DNA from: Octopus sinensis
Lineage: Eukaryota
Direction: 5' to 3'
DNA length: 64,000 nucleotides
Assembly (NCBI RefSeq): GCF_006345805.1
Contig: NC_043007.1
Location: forward strand, 44,702,001 to 44,766,000
The notes beneath the pieces were generated by a model. That model was not told the DNA's origin and searched no databases. It was given only the letters and a program-made list of their open reading frames with translations. Every line of letters begins with the position of its first letter. Position 1 is the first letter of the stretch. Below are positions 24,840-37,900 of this stretch, in pieces. Made by a program: the position numbers and the translations under genes.

Positions 24840-26250
24840 TTACCCGTCAATATCCAGACCTTTGCTCCTAAAAGCATTAGACTTCGCCAAGCAGTATGTC
24901 AACATTAATAACTTGGAAATAGATATTATCATACATGCAAAGTAATCACTTCTTTTTACGAGGATTCTACCTGGGTCAAAAAGAGAGGATTCTCTGTAAG
25001 ATGTACTGATGGGGGCATACGATAGTGCTAAGTTATGTGTGCTCATAGGAGCTTATATTTTGCACAATCTAAAGCTAGAATTCCTGTTTATAGATGCAAG
25101 ATTATATAGAGATGATGGCCTTATTATCACCCATAATTTAAAAACGGCTATGAATTAGATAAGCTTTGGAAGGATCTAATTGCTTTCTTCCAGATGATGG
25201 GCTTATGGATTATGATAGATACTAACCTTAAAAGTGTAGATTTCTTAGATATAAATTTAGATTTACAGTCAGATAAATTCAAACCTTACTATAAGTCTAA
25301 AGATAAGCTATCTTATATTAACAAAGAATCCAATCATCTGCAAGTTATTCTTAGGAACTTTGTCAGTAATGTAGGTAGATGAATATTGTCAATTTCTTCA
25401 GATGAAGCAGCATTTCAAAATGCTGCACCTTATTACAATAGCACATTAAGGAATAGTGGATTCTCTGAAAAGATCCAGTATAACCAACTTAATGCTAGCA
25501 GTAATGCAACACATAGAACTAGGACTAGGAAGGTTTTGTGGTTTAACTCAGCTTTTAATATGGCCGTAAAAACAAACATAGGTAGGGAATTCTTAGAATT
25601 AGTCTCTAGACATTTTCAACTTGACCATAAGTTTTATAGAATATTTAATTGAAGAACGCTTAAGATCAGCTATTCTTGTTGCAAAAATGTCATATCTTTT
25701 AATAACCAACACACCAATAAGATAATTGCAAATAACCATAGTTATGATTCTTTTCCTAAAAATTGCAATTGCAAAGATGGGACCTCCTGTCTGCTGAAAG
25801 GAAAATGTCTGGAGAAAGGAATTGTGTATAGAGCCAAAGTGCAGATAAGAAGGCTCACATGAATATAGAATTTACACAGGGGCTTCTGAAAATACTTTCA
25901 AGACCCAATTTTATTCTCATAGAAATTCCTTCCGATACCCCGAAAATAGGACAAAGACCAGCCTGGCAAAATATGTCTGGGAATTAAAAGAAAATGAAAC
26001 CAGCCTTTCAATGTGACATGGAGAATTTTAAATAGAGCATCACCTTACGGACATGGTATGCATAAAAGACCCATCAAATGTAATTTATGTCTTTTGGAAA
26101 ATTTTATATTTTATTCCAGGACAAAAGCGCTTTGAATCAAATACATGAACTCTTGAATTCTTGCAGACATACAACAAAATTTAAAACGTTGGCTAACAAT
26201 ATACCATATGGATAGTAAATATTTTTTGAATCTTAAACTAGTTTCCACTC
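24840..26250 (+). mobile_element. Penelope-like retroelement (CNC-linker type, related to 1-1030), decayed
   Basis: FYPSISRPLLLKALDFAK, MGAYDSAKLC, LYRDDGL, VDFLDINLDL, VLWFNSAF, CNCKDGTSCLLKGKCLEKGIVY, HRNSFRYPE, CNLCLLE. Confidence 0.9.
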
Positions 26251-26714
26251 CTACTGTTGGATTTGTATATTGTAATGCATGGTTTATTTCGCATCACAAA
26301 GATATTGTATATATTTTGACATATTTCTTTAGAAAACCTTTGACTGTTATATGTATATATTAGTTTCATATTTGAGATTTTATTTTTATTTCATTTTATT
26401 GTATTTTATACACCCATTTAATGGTTATATTTATAGGTAATTCGATATATGGTGTTCTATTTTGCATGTCTTTTATCCAATTTTTATTATTATACACTCA
26501 GCAATTTTTTAAAAGGTTGTTTGTATATATATGTCAGGGCCTAGATATGTTTTGGCATGCATATGTATTTGTATGTGTACGTCTATGTATATGTGTAAGC
26601 ATGTATGTTTATACGTGTGCACATACATACATGGATGTATATGTATGCAAGTATACACTTCTATTTGTGTGGATGTGTATTTATGTGCATTACTCTCCTT
26701 ACTCTCTTTTAGTT

Positions 26715-26866
26715 GAAGAAATTAACCCCAGGACTTATTCTTTGTAAGCCTAGTACTTATTCTATCTCACTCTTTTGCTGAACCGCTAAGTTACGGGGAC
26801 GTAAACACACCAGCATTGGTTGTCAAGTGATGTTGGGGGGCAAACACAGACACACAAACATATACG

Positions 26867-26916
<50 letters not shown>

Positions 26917-27090
26917 ATATATACATATATATATACGATGGGCTTCTTTCAGTTTCCGTCTACCAAATCCACTCACAAAGCTTTGGTTGGCCTGAGGCTA
27001 TAGTAGAAGGCACTTGTCCAAGGTGCCAAACAGTGGGACTGAACCCAGAACCATGTGGTTGGTAAGCAAGCTACTTACCACATAGCCACT
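26715..27090 (-). mobile_element. SINE family A
   Basis: Same head and body as 6406-6757. Confidence 0.85.
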
Positions 27091-27525
27091 CCTTCGCCTA
27101 TATATATATCAACGCCTAAGTTTGTGTGTGTATGTGTGTGTCTGTGTATCTGAAAGAAGTGTCAATGAAAAAGAGAAGGAAAGAAAGAAGAAGAAAAAAT
27201 TGTGTTTACATCTATACAGCTGTTCAGTTCTTGCAATAGAAGATGACAAGTTGGTTAATAAAAGTTATTTGTCAAAAAATTGTCTGGATTTATTATCATC
27301 ATCGTCATCATTTTCCAATGTTTGATTCCCATGCTGGTATGGGTTGGAAAATCTGGATGGAAGATTGTTTCTATTTATGTATATGTACATATGTATAGTA
27401 CCCTGTGTGTGCATGTGTAATACAAAATTAGTTTAATTTACAAAATTGGTCTTTCATCCAGTACAAATCATTACAGAAACAGTGATATTTCACCAGTCAC
27501 AGTTATATATATATATATTATTTTT

Positions 27526-27793
27526 TTTTTCAAGAGGAATGAAGATATGGAACAATTCTTTACAAAAATGAAGATTAGGATGGGCAATAATGTACAAGGG
27601 AAAGTGTCTTGTGAAGGAGCTCAATCAAACAGATATGCATACAATTTCTTGTACATTGTGAGGACATTATTATACAGACTAAGCTAATAGTTCTAGATAA
27701 GTTATAGGAAAGTTGCTGTGATTTTCATAAAATCACATCCTAATATCTTCATTTTTGTAAAGAATTGTTTCTAATTGTCATTCCTCTTGAAAA

Positions 27794-27794
<1 letters not shown>
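27526..27794. mobile_element. MITE with ~65-bp TIRs in a (TA)n context
   Basis: TTTCAAGAGGAATGA...AACAATTCTTTACAAAAATGAAGAT...GGATG is mirrored by CATCC...ATCTTCATTTTTGTAAAGAATTGTT...TCATTCCTCTTGAAA. Confidence 0.75.
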
Positions 27795-27880
<86 letters not shown>

Positions 27881-27881
<1 letters not shown>

Positions 27882-28165
27882 TGGAGGCGCAATGGCCCAG
27901 TGGTTATAGAAGCAGACTCGCGGTTGTAGGATCGCGGTTTCGATTCCCAGACCACATGTTATCAGTGTTAATTGACTGAAAACACCTAAAGCTTCATGAG
28001 GCTCTGGCAGGTGGTGGTGATCCCTGCTGTACTCTTTCACCACAACTTTCTCTCAGTCTTTCTTCTGTTGGCCTGTTTGCTTAGCCAGTGGGGTGGCATC
28101 ATTTGAAGGCTAAAACAATGTGAAGCGCATTGTGACCAGCGATGTGTAGCAGCATCTGATAGCCT
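27881..28165 (+). mobile_element. tRNA-derived SINE, family B
   Basis: Pol III A-box-like TGGCCCAGTGG and B-box-like GGTTTCGATTCCC, followed by a non-tRNA body. Confidence 0.7.
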
Positions 28166-28169
28166 GGTT

Positions 28170-30510
28170 GGTCACGGTGGAGGTATTTGGACCAAAGACT
28201 TGAGGTATTTCGTGTTGCAAGACAGTGTGTGAGAGAAAATCGTGATGTGGTAGGAGAGAAATGTGTCCGCATGGATGATGGTTCACTTGTGCTAAATGAA
28301 GATGCAAAGAGAGAGGTTTGGAGATGCCACTATGAAAGGTTGCTGAATAAAGAAAATGAATGGGATAAAGAGAGTCTGCCGAATGTCAACCCAGCAGAGG
28401 GACCAGCCATCCGAGTTGACAATTCTTTGGTAGTTAAGGCAATTAGAAGCATGAAGACAGGGAAAGCCCCAGGCCCATCAGGAATTACTGCAGAGACGCT
28501 CAAAATATCTGGCAGTGTCGGCTATAACCTAGTCACCCGTATAGTTAACCAGGTGATACATGAAGGAGTCATACCCAATGACTGGTGTAGCAGCATAATA
28601 GTCAACTGCTACAAAGGTAAAGGAGACGCCCTAGATACAAATAATTACAGAGGCATCAAGCTGTTGGATCAGGTAATGAAGGTTATGGAGAGGGTCATAG
28701 CCCAACTGATTAGGGAGAGAGTCAAATTGGATGAGATGCAGTTTGGTTTCATGCCAGGGAAAAGCACCACTGATGCCATGTTTCTGGTGAGACAGCTGCA
28801 GGAGAAATACCTAGCCAAAGATAAGACCCTGTACCTGGCTTTCGTTGACATGGAGAAAGCCTTTGACAGGGTCCCCCGATCCCTTATCTGGTGGTCAATG
28901 AGGAAACTAGGGATAGATGAATGGCTGGTGAGAGATGTGCAAGCCATGTACAGGGATGCCGTAAGTAAGGTTAGGGTTGGCAACATGTACACAGAAGAAT
29001 TCAAGGTAGAGGTTGGGGCCCACCAGGGTTCAGTCCTCAGCCCCCACCTATTTATCATAGTCCTCCAGGCAATTATGGAGGAATTCAAGACAGGTTGCCC
29101 CTGGGAGCTCCTCTCTGCTGACGACCTTGCTCTAATTGCTGAGTCACTATTAGAACTGAAGGAGAAGTTCCAGGTGTGGAAGGAGGGATTAGAATCGAGG
29201 GGCCTTAGAGTCAACCTAGCTAAAACCAAAGTACTAATAAGTAGGAAGGTAGACAAACCACAAATGTCTTCAGGAAGATGGCCCTGCTCGATCTGTAGAA
29301 AAGGTGTAGGTAGAAACTCTATAAGATGTACCCAGTGTAAACTATGGACACATAAGAGGTGCAGCAATGTCAAAGGAAGGCTAACTGGGAAGATAGTTTT
29401 TGTATGTGGCAGATGCTCAGGAGCAATAAACTCTGAAAATCTGCAGAAAACAACTTCTGTCACTTTCCAGGGGGAAAAACTAGAAGTAGTTGATAGCTTC
29501 CATTATCTAGGTGATCAAGTCAGTAGTTGGGGTTGGTGCGCTGAAAGTGTAACTGCTAGAGTAAGAATAGCCTGGGCAAAGTTCAGGGAGCTCTTACCTC
29601 TGCTGGTGACTAAAGGCCTCTCGCTCAGAGTAAAAGGCAGGCTGTATGATGCATGTGTACGAACAGCCATGCTACATGGCAGTGAAACATGGGCTGTGAC
29701 TGCTGAGGACATGCGTAAGCTCGCGAGGAATGAAGCCAGTATGCACCGATGGATGTGTAATGTCAGTGTGCATACTCGATAGAGCATTAGTACCTTGAGA
29801 GAAATGTTGGACCTAAGAAGCATCAGTTGTGGTGTGCAAGAGAGACGATTGCGCTGGTATGGTCATGTGGCGAGAATGGATGAAGATAGGTGTGTGAAAA
29901 AGTGCCAATCCCTTGCAGTTGAGGGAACCCATGGTAGAGGTAGACCCAGGAAAACCTGGGACGAGGTGGTGAAGCACGACCTTCGAACTTTAGGCTTTAC
30001 TGAGGAAATGACCAGCGACCGAGACCTTTGGGAATATGCTGTGCGTGAGAAGATCAGGCAGGACAAGTGAGTCCAGCCCACTTATGCATGCCTTTCCTCC
30101 CTTGGACACACAAAGACCTGTTGAGGCAAGCGAAGTCGAACCTCATCAGATGACAGGCACCCATGCCAACCCCCTTCTCTGCTTGCGAAGACCTGTTGGG
30201 GCAAGTGAAATCGAAATCGGAATCGAAATTGAACCAATCCTATGACTGGCACCCGGCAGATGCCAGGACCCCTGGACTGGTGGTACGTAAAAAGCACTAT
30301 CCGAATCATGGCCGATGTCAGCGCCGCCTTGATTGGCTTCCGTGCTGGTGGCATGTAAAATGCACCAATCCGATCGTGGCCATTGCCAGCCTCGCCTGGC
30401 CCCTGTGCAGGTGGCACGTAAAAAGCACCCACTACACTCATGGAGTGGTTGGCATTAGGAAGGGCATCCAGCTGTAGAAACGGACGTTAAACGATGATGA
30501 TGATGATGAT
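28170..30510 (+). mobile_element. RTE-clade LINE, young and 5'-truncated: near-intact RT with PHD-type finger, 3' UTR and (GAT)n tail
   Basis: ORF 28187..29782 (531 aa): YKGKGDALDTNNYRGIKLL, FVDMEKAFDRVPR, HQGSVLSPHLF, LSADDLAL. One TAG precedes RRLRWYGHVARM...GRGRPRKTW. Confidence 0.95.
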
Positions 30511-31049
30511 ATATATATATACACACACACACATTTATATATATAATTGTGAATTCAAGAAATATCCACACCCATGCTTACAAATATATAAATAGCTACA
30601 CTATAAAGCAGAAACACGAACTATCACACGTACACCAACACCTACATACACTTTCACACACGTCCATGCACACCCTTTTACAAACCTACTTTTATTGTTC
30701 CACACATGACATTGGGCACAGCTACAATATTAGCTACAGACCAATAGTTTTTCACTTCTTATTTTGTTTTTGTACAGAAACTGTCCTCAAATAAGCATAG
30801 GTATTAAAACTCCCAATCCCTGATAATGAAACAAAAAGAATTATTCACGTATTAAATATGATTCTGTCACATAATTATCTGGAAGAATGGATATATATAG
30901 GCTGGTTTTGTAAAGTAAGAAAACAAGAATCTATCATGAAATGTTTTTACACATACCTGAAATTCCTCTGCCCCTTATAAAGTAACTACTATTGTGTGGG
31001 TCTAGTTAACTTCTATATTGTTGATTGTCAAATGAAACACACACACAAA

Positions 31050-31424
31050 CATACACATGCCACATTTTTTATATATGTGTCACATGGTTCCAGGTTCAGT
31101 TCCACTGCGCAAGTGTCTTCTACATAGCCTCAAGCCGACCAAAGCCTTGTGAGTGGATTTGGTGGATAGAAACTGAAAGAAACCTGATGTGTGTGTGTGT
31201 GTGTGCATGTGCATTTGTCTCCCACCACCACTTGACAACCAGTGATGGTTTGTTTACATCAATGCAACACAGTGGTTTGGCAGTAAGAGTCCAATAAATT
31301 AAAAACAAGGCTTGGAAAAAAAAAATTTCTGGGGTTGATTCATTCGACTAAAATAGTTCTTCAAGGTGGTGGTCTAGCATGGCTGAAGTCTAATGACTGA
31401 AACAGCCAAAGATACATTTGGCAG

Positions 31425-31457
<33 letters not shown>

Positions 31458-32170
31458 GCTGTGTGGTAAGTAGCTTGCTTACCAACCACATGGTTCTGGG
31501 TTCAGTCCCACTGCGTGACACCTTGGGCAAGTGTCGTCTACTATAGCCTCGGGCCGACCAAAGCCTTGTGAGTGGATTTGGTAGACGGAAACTGAAAGAA
31601 GCCCATCGTATATATGTGTATATATCATCATCATCATCACTTAGCGTCCGCTTTCCATGCTAGCATGGGTTGGACGGTTCAACTGGGGTCTGGGAAGCCA
31701 GGAGGCTGCATCAGGCCCAGTCTGATCTGGCAATGTTTCTACAGCTGGATGCCCTTCCTAACGCCAGCCACTCCATGAGTGTAGTGGGTGCTTTCTATGT
31801 GCCAGATGGGGCTGGCAAACGGCCACGGTCAGATGGTGCTTTTTACGTGCCAACAGCACGGGGGCCAGGCGAGGCTGGCAACGGCCACAATCGGATGGTG
31901 CTTTTTATGTGCCACCGGCATGGACGTGATATATATGTATGTATGTATGTGTGTGTGTGTGTATATGTTTGTGTGTCTGTGTTTGTCTCCCCCAACATCA
32001 CTTGACAACCGATGCTAGTGTGTTTACGTCCCCTTAACCTAGCAGTTTGGCAAGAGAGACTGATAGAATAAGTACTAGGCTTACAAAGAATAAGTCCTGG
32101 AATCGATTTGCTTGACTAAAGGCAGGGCTCCCACATGGCCACAGTCAAATGACTGAAACAAGTAAAAGAG
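31050..32170 (+). mobile_element. Two SINE family A copies; the second is interrupted by an antisense RTE tail (31625-31925)
   Basis: SINE heads near 31060 and 31455, tails near 31400 and 32165. The RTE tail sits in the internal microsatellite. Confidence 0.8.
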
Positions 32171-32633
32171 ATAGATAGATAGATAGATTGATTGATTGAT
32201 TGTGCATATACCTTTGCTTTAATATCACATAGTGGTTGTAAATGATCATCACCATCAAACAAGACGTGTCATTTCTCTCCAATCTTAGCCAAAATCATAT
32301 CTGGCTAGAGGAAATATTACCTTGCTTGAAAACAGATTAACGTTGGCAGCATGAGGCCATCTGGCTATAGATAATCTGCCTCGACAAATTCTGTCTGACA
32401 CATGCAAGCATGGAAAATTGACCACTAAAATGATGATGATGACACACATACACACACACACATATATATCTTCACAAACTTTTCCTTCTTTAAAATTCTC
32501 TTTTTTGAGTGGTAATCTTCTTGGATGTTCTTCAGGAACTATGCAATATTTATATGCCCTTAAAGTTTTCAAACTATTCTTTAATTGTGAAGAATTTGGA
32601 TATGCATGTTTGTGTATGTATGTATGTGTGTGT

Positions 32634-32667
<34 letters not shown>

Positions 32668-32669
32668 TT

Positions 32670-33260
32670 TATTCTTTTGCTTGTTTGTCATTTGACTGTG
32701 GCCATGCTGGAGCAATGCCTTGAACGGTTTCAGTTGAACGTATTGATACCAGGACTTATTTTTTAACTCTAGGACTTATTCTATTGGTCTATTTTGCTGA
32801 ATCTCTAATTTATGGGGATGTAAACACACCAACACTGGTTTCAAGCAGTGATGGGGGGATAAATACCAAAACAAAGACACACACACACACACACACAAAC
32901 ATATATGATGGGCTACTTTCAGTTTCATATTTCTTTACTACCTACAGTGGGCTAAACATAGAGGGGACAAACAAGAACAAAGAGATTAAGTTGATTACAT
33001 CGACCCCAGTGCGTAACTGGTACTTATTTAATCGACTCCGAAAGGATGAAATGCAAAATTGACCTAGGCGGAATTTGAACTCAGAACATAATAGCAGACG
33101 AAATACCGCTAAGCATTTCGTCTGGCGTCCTAATGCTTCTGCCAGCTCGTCACCTTACTTTCAGTTTCTGTCTACCAAATCCACTTACTAGACTTTGATC
33201 AGCCTGAGATTATAGAAGACATTTGGTCAAGGTGCCATGCACCTTGAGCAAGTGTACCTT
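32670..33260 (-). mobile_element. SINE family A interrupted by a family C SINE (about 32930-33160)
   Basis: Reverse-complement family A tail and body, plus GGCGGAATTTGAACTCAGAAC...GCTAAGCATTTCGTC...CCAGCTCG. Confidence 0.7.
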
Positions 33261-33291
33261 GTTGAAAATCAAGCTTCTTACCATGCCTGTG

Positions 33292-33337
<46 letters not shown>

Positions 33338-33523
33338 ATATGTATAAATAGGAGTGTTGTTAAGAAGTTTGCTTCTCAACCACATTGTTTTGTGTTTAGT
33401 CCCATTGTGTGGCATCTTTTGTAAGTATCTTCTGTAACCCTGGGCCTTGTGACTAGAAGTGGCTGACACAAAATGAAGACAGGATCGAAATGGGTGAAAT
33501 ACTTTTGACTGTTTTGGTCACAG

Positions 33524-33573
33524 GCATTCTCAATCACGCTGGAACTGGGGCCAAATAGCAGCTCATCATTTAG
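33524..33573 (+). CDS. Candidate internal exon of an unidentified host gene (AFSITLELGPNSSSSF, phase 0 to 2)
   Basis: ttttgactgttttggtcacAG acceptor and AG|GTAATG donor. Open in two frames. Unique, non-repeat sequence. Confidence 0.45.
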
Positions 33574-34220
33574 GTAATGTTTCTGTGACCCAACACAATG
33601 CCCTGCACTGCTTCTCTATGACATATATTTTAACATGACCACCTTTTCCTTAAACAATCGATCCCATCACCTTTTCAACCCTATCCCTTTCTTTTTCTCA
33701 ACTCTGTTACTAATCCCTTCTTTCCCCCTTTTCCTTACCATACTTCCCCACCCTCTTCTCTTACTTACCAACCCTCTAGAGTTATCAGCTACTCCCTCTT
33801 CTGTTGTCCTTCAGTAACAGGAACCTCTTTAGGCCTTTAGTCTTGCATGTTACGAGGCAATCATGACTAGTGTGGAACAACAAAAAGAAAGCACCTAGTA
33901 AACTCTGTAGATTGGTTGGTATTAGAAAGGGCATTTAGTCATAGAAACCATGCCGAAATTGATATTGATGTGAAACTCATCACACCCTGTCAAACTGTAA
34001 AACTCATCCCAGCATGGAAGTTGGATTTGAAATGAAGATGATAATGAAGGGTTTGTATAGCTAAAGCTTTCAGCCACTTATACTATTTTTAGGAAAAGAT
34101 TAAATATTTTTTGAAGCCGCAGGACTTTATGATATGTATTTCAACACGGAGGAAAGTTTTGTGTTGCTAAAGCTTTGTACCATTTCTAGACAGAGGCTAA
34201 ATATCCTTAAATGTTTCTAG

Positions 34221-34233
34221 GTTAGAGATCTAT
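34221..34233 (+). CDS. Candidate 13-nt microexon (R-LEIY)
   Basis: tgtttctAG|GTTAGAGATCTAT|GTAAGT. Its phases (2 in, 0 out) join the flanking candidate exons in frame. Confidence 0.35.
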
Positions 34234-34800
34234 GTAAGTGAGAAGGTTAGACACGTTAAACAGATATATTCAGATAAGTTATAAAAGTTAAATGATATCA
34301 GTTGATGACTAATATTGTTTTCTACATGATGAGTTGGCAGACGTATAAGAGCATTTAGTGCAACACCTTGCACTATTAGTTGCACTACTTGTATGACAGA
34401 AACACTCATTTACAAATACCGTGTGTGTGTGTATATATATATATATATATTAGAAAAAAAAGAAGAAATTGACTTATAGACATCAGTTTATTCAGAGATA
34501 TTCCAAACAATATAAAACTTACATATATATATATATATATATATGTAATAGATTGATACATAAATATCGGACATTGTGAATGAGTGCTCAACACTGCATT
34601 GGTGGATAAAGATTCTTTGTCTATTAAGGCTACCATTGGTTTCATATTCAGGAATACCTCAACAATTATCAAGCCTTTCCCATAGAAATATTAGTGTTTG
34701 TTTCTATTTTAGAGATGAACACTGATGTTTCCATGTGATAGGCCTGGTAATTATTGAAGTGCTCCTTAACATGAAACCAATGGTAGCCTTAGTGCACACA

Positions 34801-34835
<35 letters not shown>

Positions 34836-35499
34836 CACACACACACACACATACACACACACATATTCACTCACTCTCTCCAAGCATCTTTCAATCTCTG
34901 TCTACCAGGTCCACTCATAAGGTTTTGGTTAGCCCAGAGCTATAGTAGAAAGACACTTGCTCAAAGCACTGCACATATTGTTGGAAGTGTCTTAATCACA
35001 TAACTATTCCTGTGCCTATCCAGGTCTGTTAGACAATCCCTTGGACATTGAAAGCAGGAATAAAGATAATGTCAGTGGAAGTGGTAGTGATATAACTATT
35101 TACTTGTAGTAATCTATAGTGTAGCACAATATTCCACAAGCATTTGTAGCATTATCATAAATCTCAGGCTGATAATGTGACACAGTAACAGATTTGTTTT
35201 TTTTCCCCCTCATCAGCAAAGTATAACTTCTCTCTATCATTGGCCACAACAATGATTTCTCTTGGCTTGACAGGTCTTTTCAAGCATGGTGTATTGCCAA
35301 AGGTCTTGGTCACTTGTCATTGCCACTGTGAGGCCCAACGTTTGAAAATCATCTTCACCACTTTATCTCAAGAAAATCTGAGTCATCTCTTCATTCATCC
35401 ACTGCTTACAGTTAGAGGGATGTGGCCATATTGGAGCATTGTCATATCAAAATAGGGCTTTTTGATATAGGTCCAAGGCAGTTTAGAAATTTAAGCATA

Positions 35500-36310
35500 T
35501 GATCTCAGTACTTGACTGGTTCCTATTTTATTGATTCCACTCCAGTTGCCCTAGGAGGATAGAAAGTGAAGTACACTTAGTATTATTAGAACTCAAAATG
35601 TAAAAAGATGTAATTAAATGATACAAAGAGTCTTCTTTAATCATTTCACCACTGGAGAAGATTAGAAGTACTTTCTGCAATATGGACGCATATTTATCTG
35701 AGTTTATGTTTCCCTCACACTCTGCCAGCCCTGATCGGCCATTGCTCCTAATTGCTCCCCAGACCCTCACAGAATAGCTACAGTGTTTCATTGTTGGATG
35801 CAATCTTTTCATGTCAAATTCTTGATCACAGTCTCCAGACCCACACCCAACCACTATCAGAAAATATGGCATATCTGAACTCATCAGAGAATATGACAGT
35901 ATCCTAAAATAGTGGCCTCTCCACCTTCTCACTGGCCCAATCTTTTCTCCACTTGAAATTGGCTGGTCAAAGAAGTGGCTTCCTTCTTGCTCTTCCGCCA
36001 CAGTAGCCAAGTTTGTGGAGATGTGTGACAGCTGTTCTGGGACTGACATCAACTTGTTCTACTGTGTCAGAGGCCTTGCACCATGGATTATCCTCCACAT
36101 TTCTCTTAACAAAGAGAAGGATCCTGTCAGAGGACCCTGGCCAACCTGGGCAATGTGATGTGGACTCCTTCCCTTCTTCAGTGAATTGCACAATCACTGT
36201 ATTAACTGTAGAAGGTGGAATCACAAGGTTTTCTGCAATTTTATGCTGATTAAGTCCAGTTTTCAAATTGACCCACGATTCAGCCTCTTTGAAATTCGGG
36301 TAGTTCCTAG
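35500..36310 (-). mobile_element. Tc1-like transposase remnant
   Basis: HKIAENLVIPPSTVNTVI...LHKLGYCGGRARRKPLL and SVRVWGAIRSNGRSGLAECEGNINSDKYASIL. Confidence 0.85.
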
Positions 36311-36586
36311 GCTTATTTTGTATGTGGCATAATTAAACTGTCACATATAGAACCTAAGACATAAAAATGTCAATTAATAAAGAGCATAATCCTTTTCAAG
36401 TTAAAATTAACATAAAATGATGTTTTATGTGGTGTCATGTCTGTGTATATATGTGTAGGTGTATGTGTGTATATATGTGTATACAACCCATACATCCCAC
36501 ACCATTCACATTACAGAATTATATCTATCTTAATTACACCAAATCCAGAACTACTTACCTCCCTTACACATAATCTTTTTACTCAG

Positions 36587-36658
36587 GGACTAGTAGATCT
36601 GACACCATTCGGTAATTGGTACTCATTCAAAGCAGTGATCAGTAATCTTACAAAACCG
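36587..36658 (+). CDS. Candidate 72-nt exon (GLVDLTPFGNWYSFKAVISNLTKP, phase 0/0)
   Basis: atctttttactcAG acceptor, CCG|GTATGC donor, stop-free, protein-like composition. Confidence 0.55.
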
Positions 36659-36889
36659 GTATGCTTTTGAATCTCTCTAACAATTCACAATAATGACTTG
36701 TATTACTTTTATTCCTACATCAGTTCATCTAATTGTATATATGTATCGTTACTTTTCATAAAAAGCCTTTACTGTTTTTGATTTCCGATGTTATTTTTTT
36801 CTTCTTACTTTCTCCTTACATTTCCACATGTAGTTTCTGTTTTCTTTTTGTAACATATTTCTATTATATATATATATATATATTATATA

Positions 36890-37075
36890 AAATCCATTCT
36901 GTCTGTCTGTGTATGTGTCTTCTAGGATCTTGGGCATCTTCCATCCGATTGTGCTCAAATTTGATATGTAGATACCGACGGTATCAGGGCGTGTATAAGT
37001 CTTGAAAAAATTACAAAAATCGATTCCAGGTGAGAATGTGATCGATAAAGCCGAATAAAATCGTTTTCCTTTGGA
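36890..37075 (+). mobile_element. Helitron/Helentron-associated (DINE/HINE-like) element head
   Basis: CTGTCTGTCTGT repeat followed by CCGATTGTGCTCAAATTTGATATG; related to 1320-1490. Confidence 0.45.
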
Positions 37076-37239
37076 ATAGAAAAAAAGTCTATCTTTATTT
37101 CTTCTTTTGCTGGTGTCTCAAATTTAGGTTAAATCAGTGTTTCTCAAAGAGGAGGCCTATGGGACAAGTTGTTTTGAGAAAATTTGGTTTAAATGTTTGA
37201 CAACTCAGCATCGTCCATTGGACGGGGGGAGTTTTGCTC

Positions 37240-37276
<37 letters not shown>

Positions 37277-37369
37277 CACGTGTGTGTGTGTGTATGCTGG
37301 ACTCTCGTGTCGAAGACGATGTATGAATGTTCAGCTTTTGCTGAACAACCTGCATAAATGATTTGTTTA

Positions 37370-37580
37370 TAGTGATCAAGTGTTTGTGCTGCACATTAGC
37401 TCACTCTCTCCATCAAATCGACGTTGTTTGAACAGGTGCACCGTGTGCATGCGTCAGGTGTCGTTATCACAGAACAATGTGAAATGAAGTGTTTTGCTCA
37501 AGAACACAACACATTACCCAGTATATGAATTGAAATCATGATCTAGCGATTGTGAGTGCAATGTCCTAACCATTAGGCCA
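37370..37580 (-). mobile_element. tRNA-derived SINE, family D
   Basis: Reverse strand GCATGGCCTAATGGTTAGGACATTGCACTC...TTCTTGAGCAAAACACTTCATTTCAC. Confidence 0.6.
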
Positions 37581-37599
37581 TGCACTCTCATGTGTGTAT

Positions 37600-37900
37600 T
37601 TCATCATCATCATCATCGTTTAATGTCTGCCTCGCATGCATGCATGGGTGGGAAGGTTTGACAGGAGCTGGCCAGGCAGAAACCTGCACTAGACATCTGT
37701 GTGTTTCAGCAGGGTTTTGCGGCTGGATGCCTTTATTAATACCAACCACCCAGCAAAGTGGACTAAGTGCTCATTACGTGGCACAAGCACGGGTGAGGTC
37801 AGTTTTGGCAAGGTTTTTACAGCTGGATGCCCTTCCAAATGCCAACTACTTTACAATGCAGACTGGATGCTTTTTAAGTGGCACCCACACTGACAGGGTC
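37600..37900 (-). mobile_element. RTE 3' tail fragment, old
   Basis: CATCATCGTTTAATGTC...CAGCTGGATGCCCTTCC. Confidence 0.7.

Noticed and set aside
24840-26250. In-frame TGA codons in the Penelope-like ORF as selenocysteine (as reported for some Naiad elements)
   Set aside because: The TGAs examined (VGR*I, FN*RT) fall where Arg is expected and fit CGA>TGA deamination. Frameshifts and TAA/TAG stops are also present, and the endonuclease is C-terminal.
27881-27955. tRNA gene
   Set aside because: A tRNA-like head fused to a SINE body with no complete cloverleaf. The same applies to the other SINE heads.
28669-29823. Antisense ORFs of 264 and 102 aa
   Set aside because: Shadow frames of the RTE reverse transcriptase ORF.
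35214-35350. Exon after a strong polypyrimidine acceptor
   Set aside because: The downstream sequence is an antisense RTE 3' fragment matching 58480-58600.
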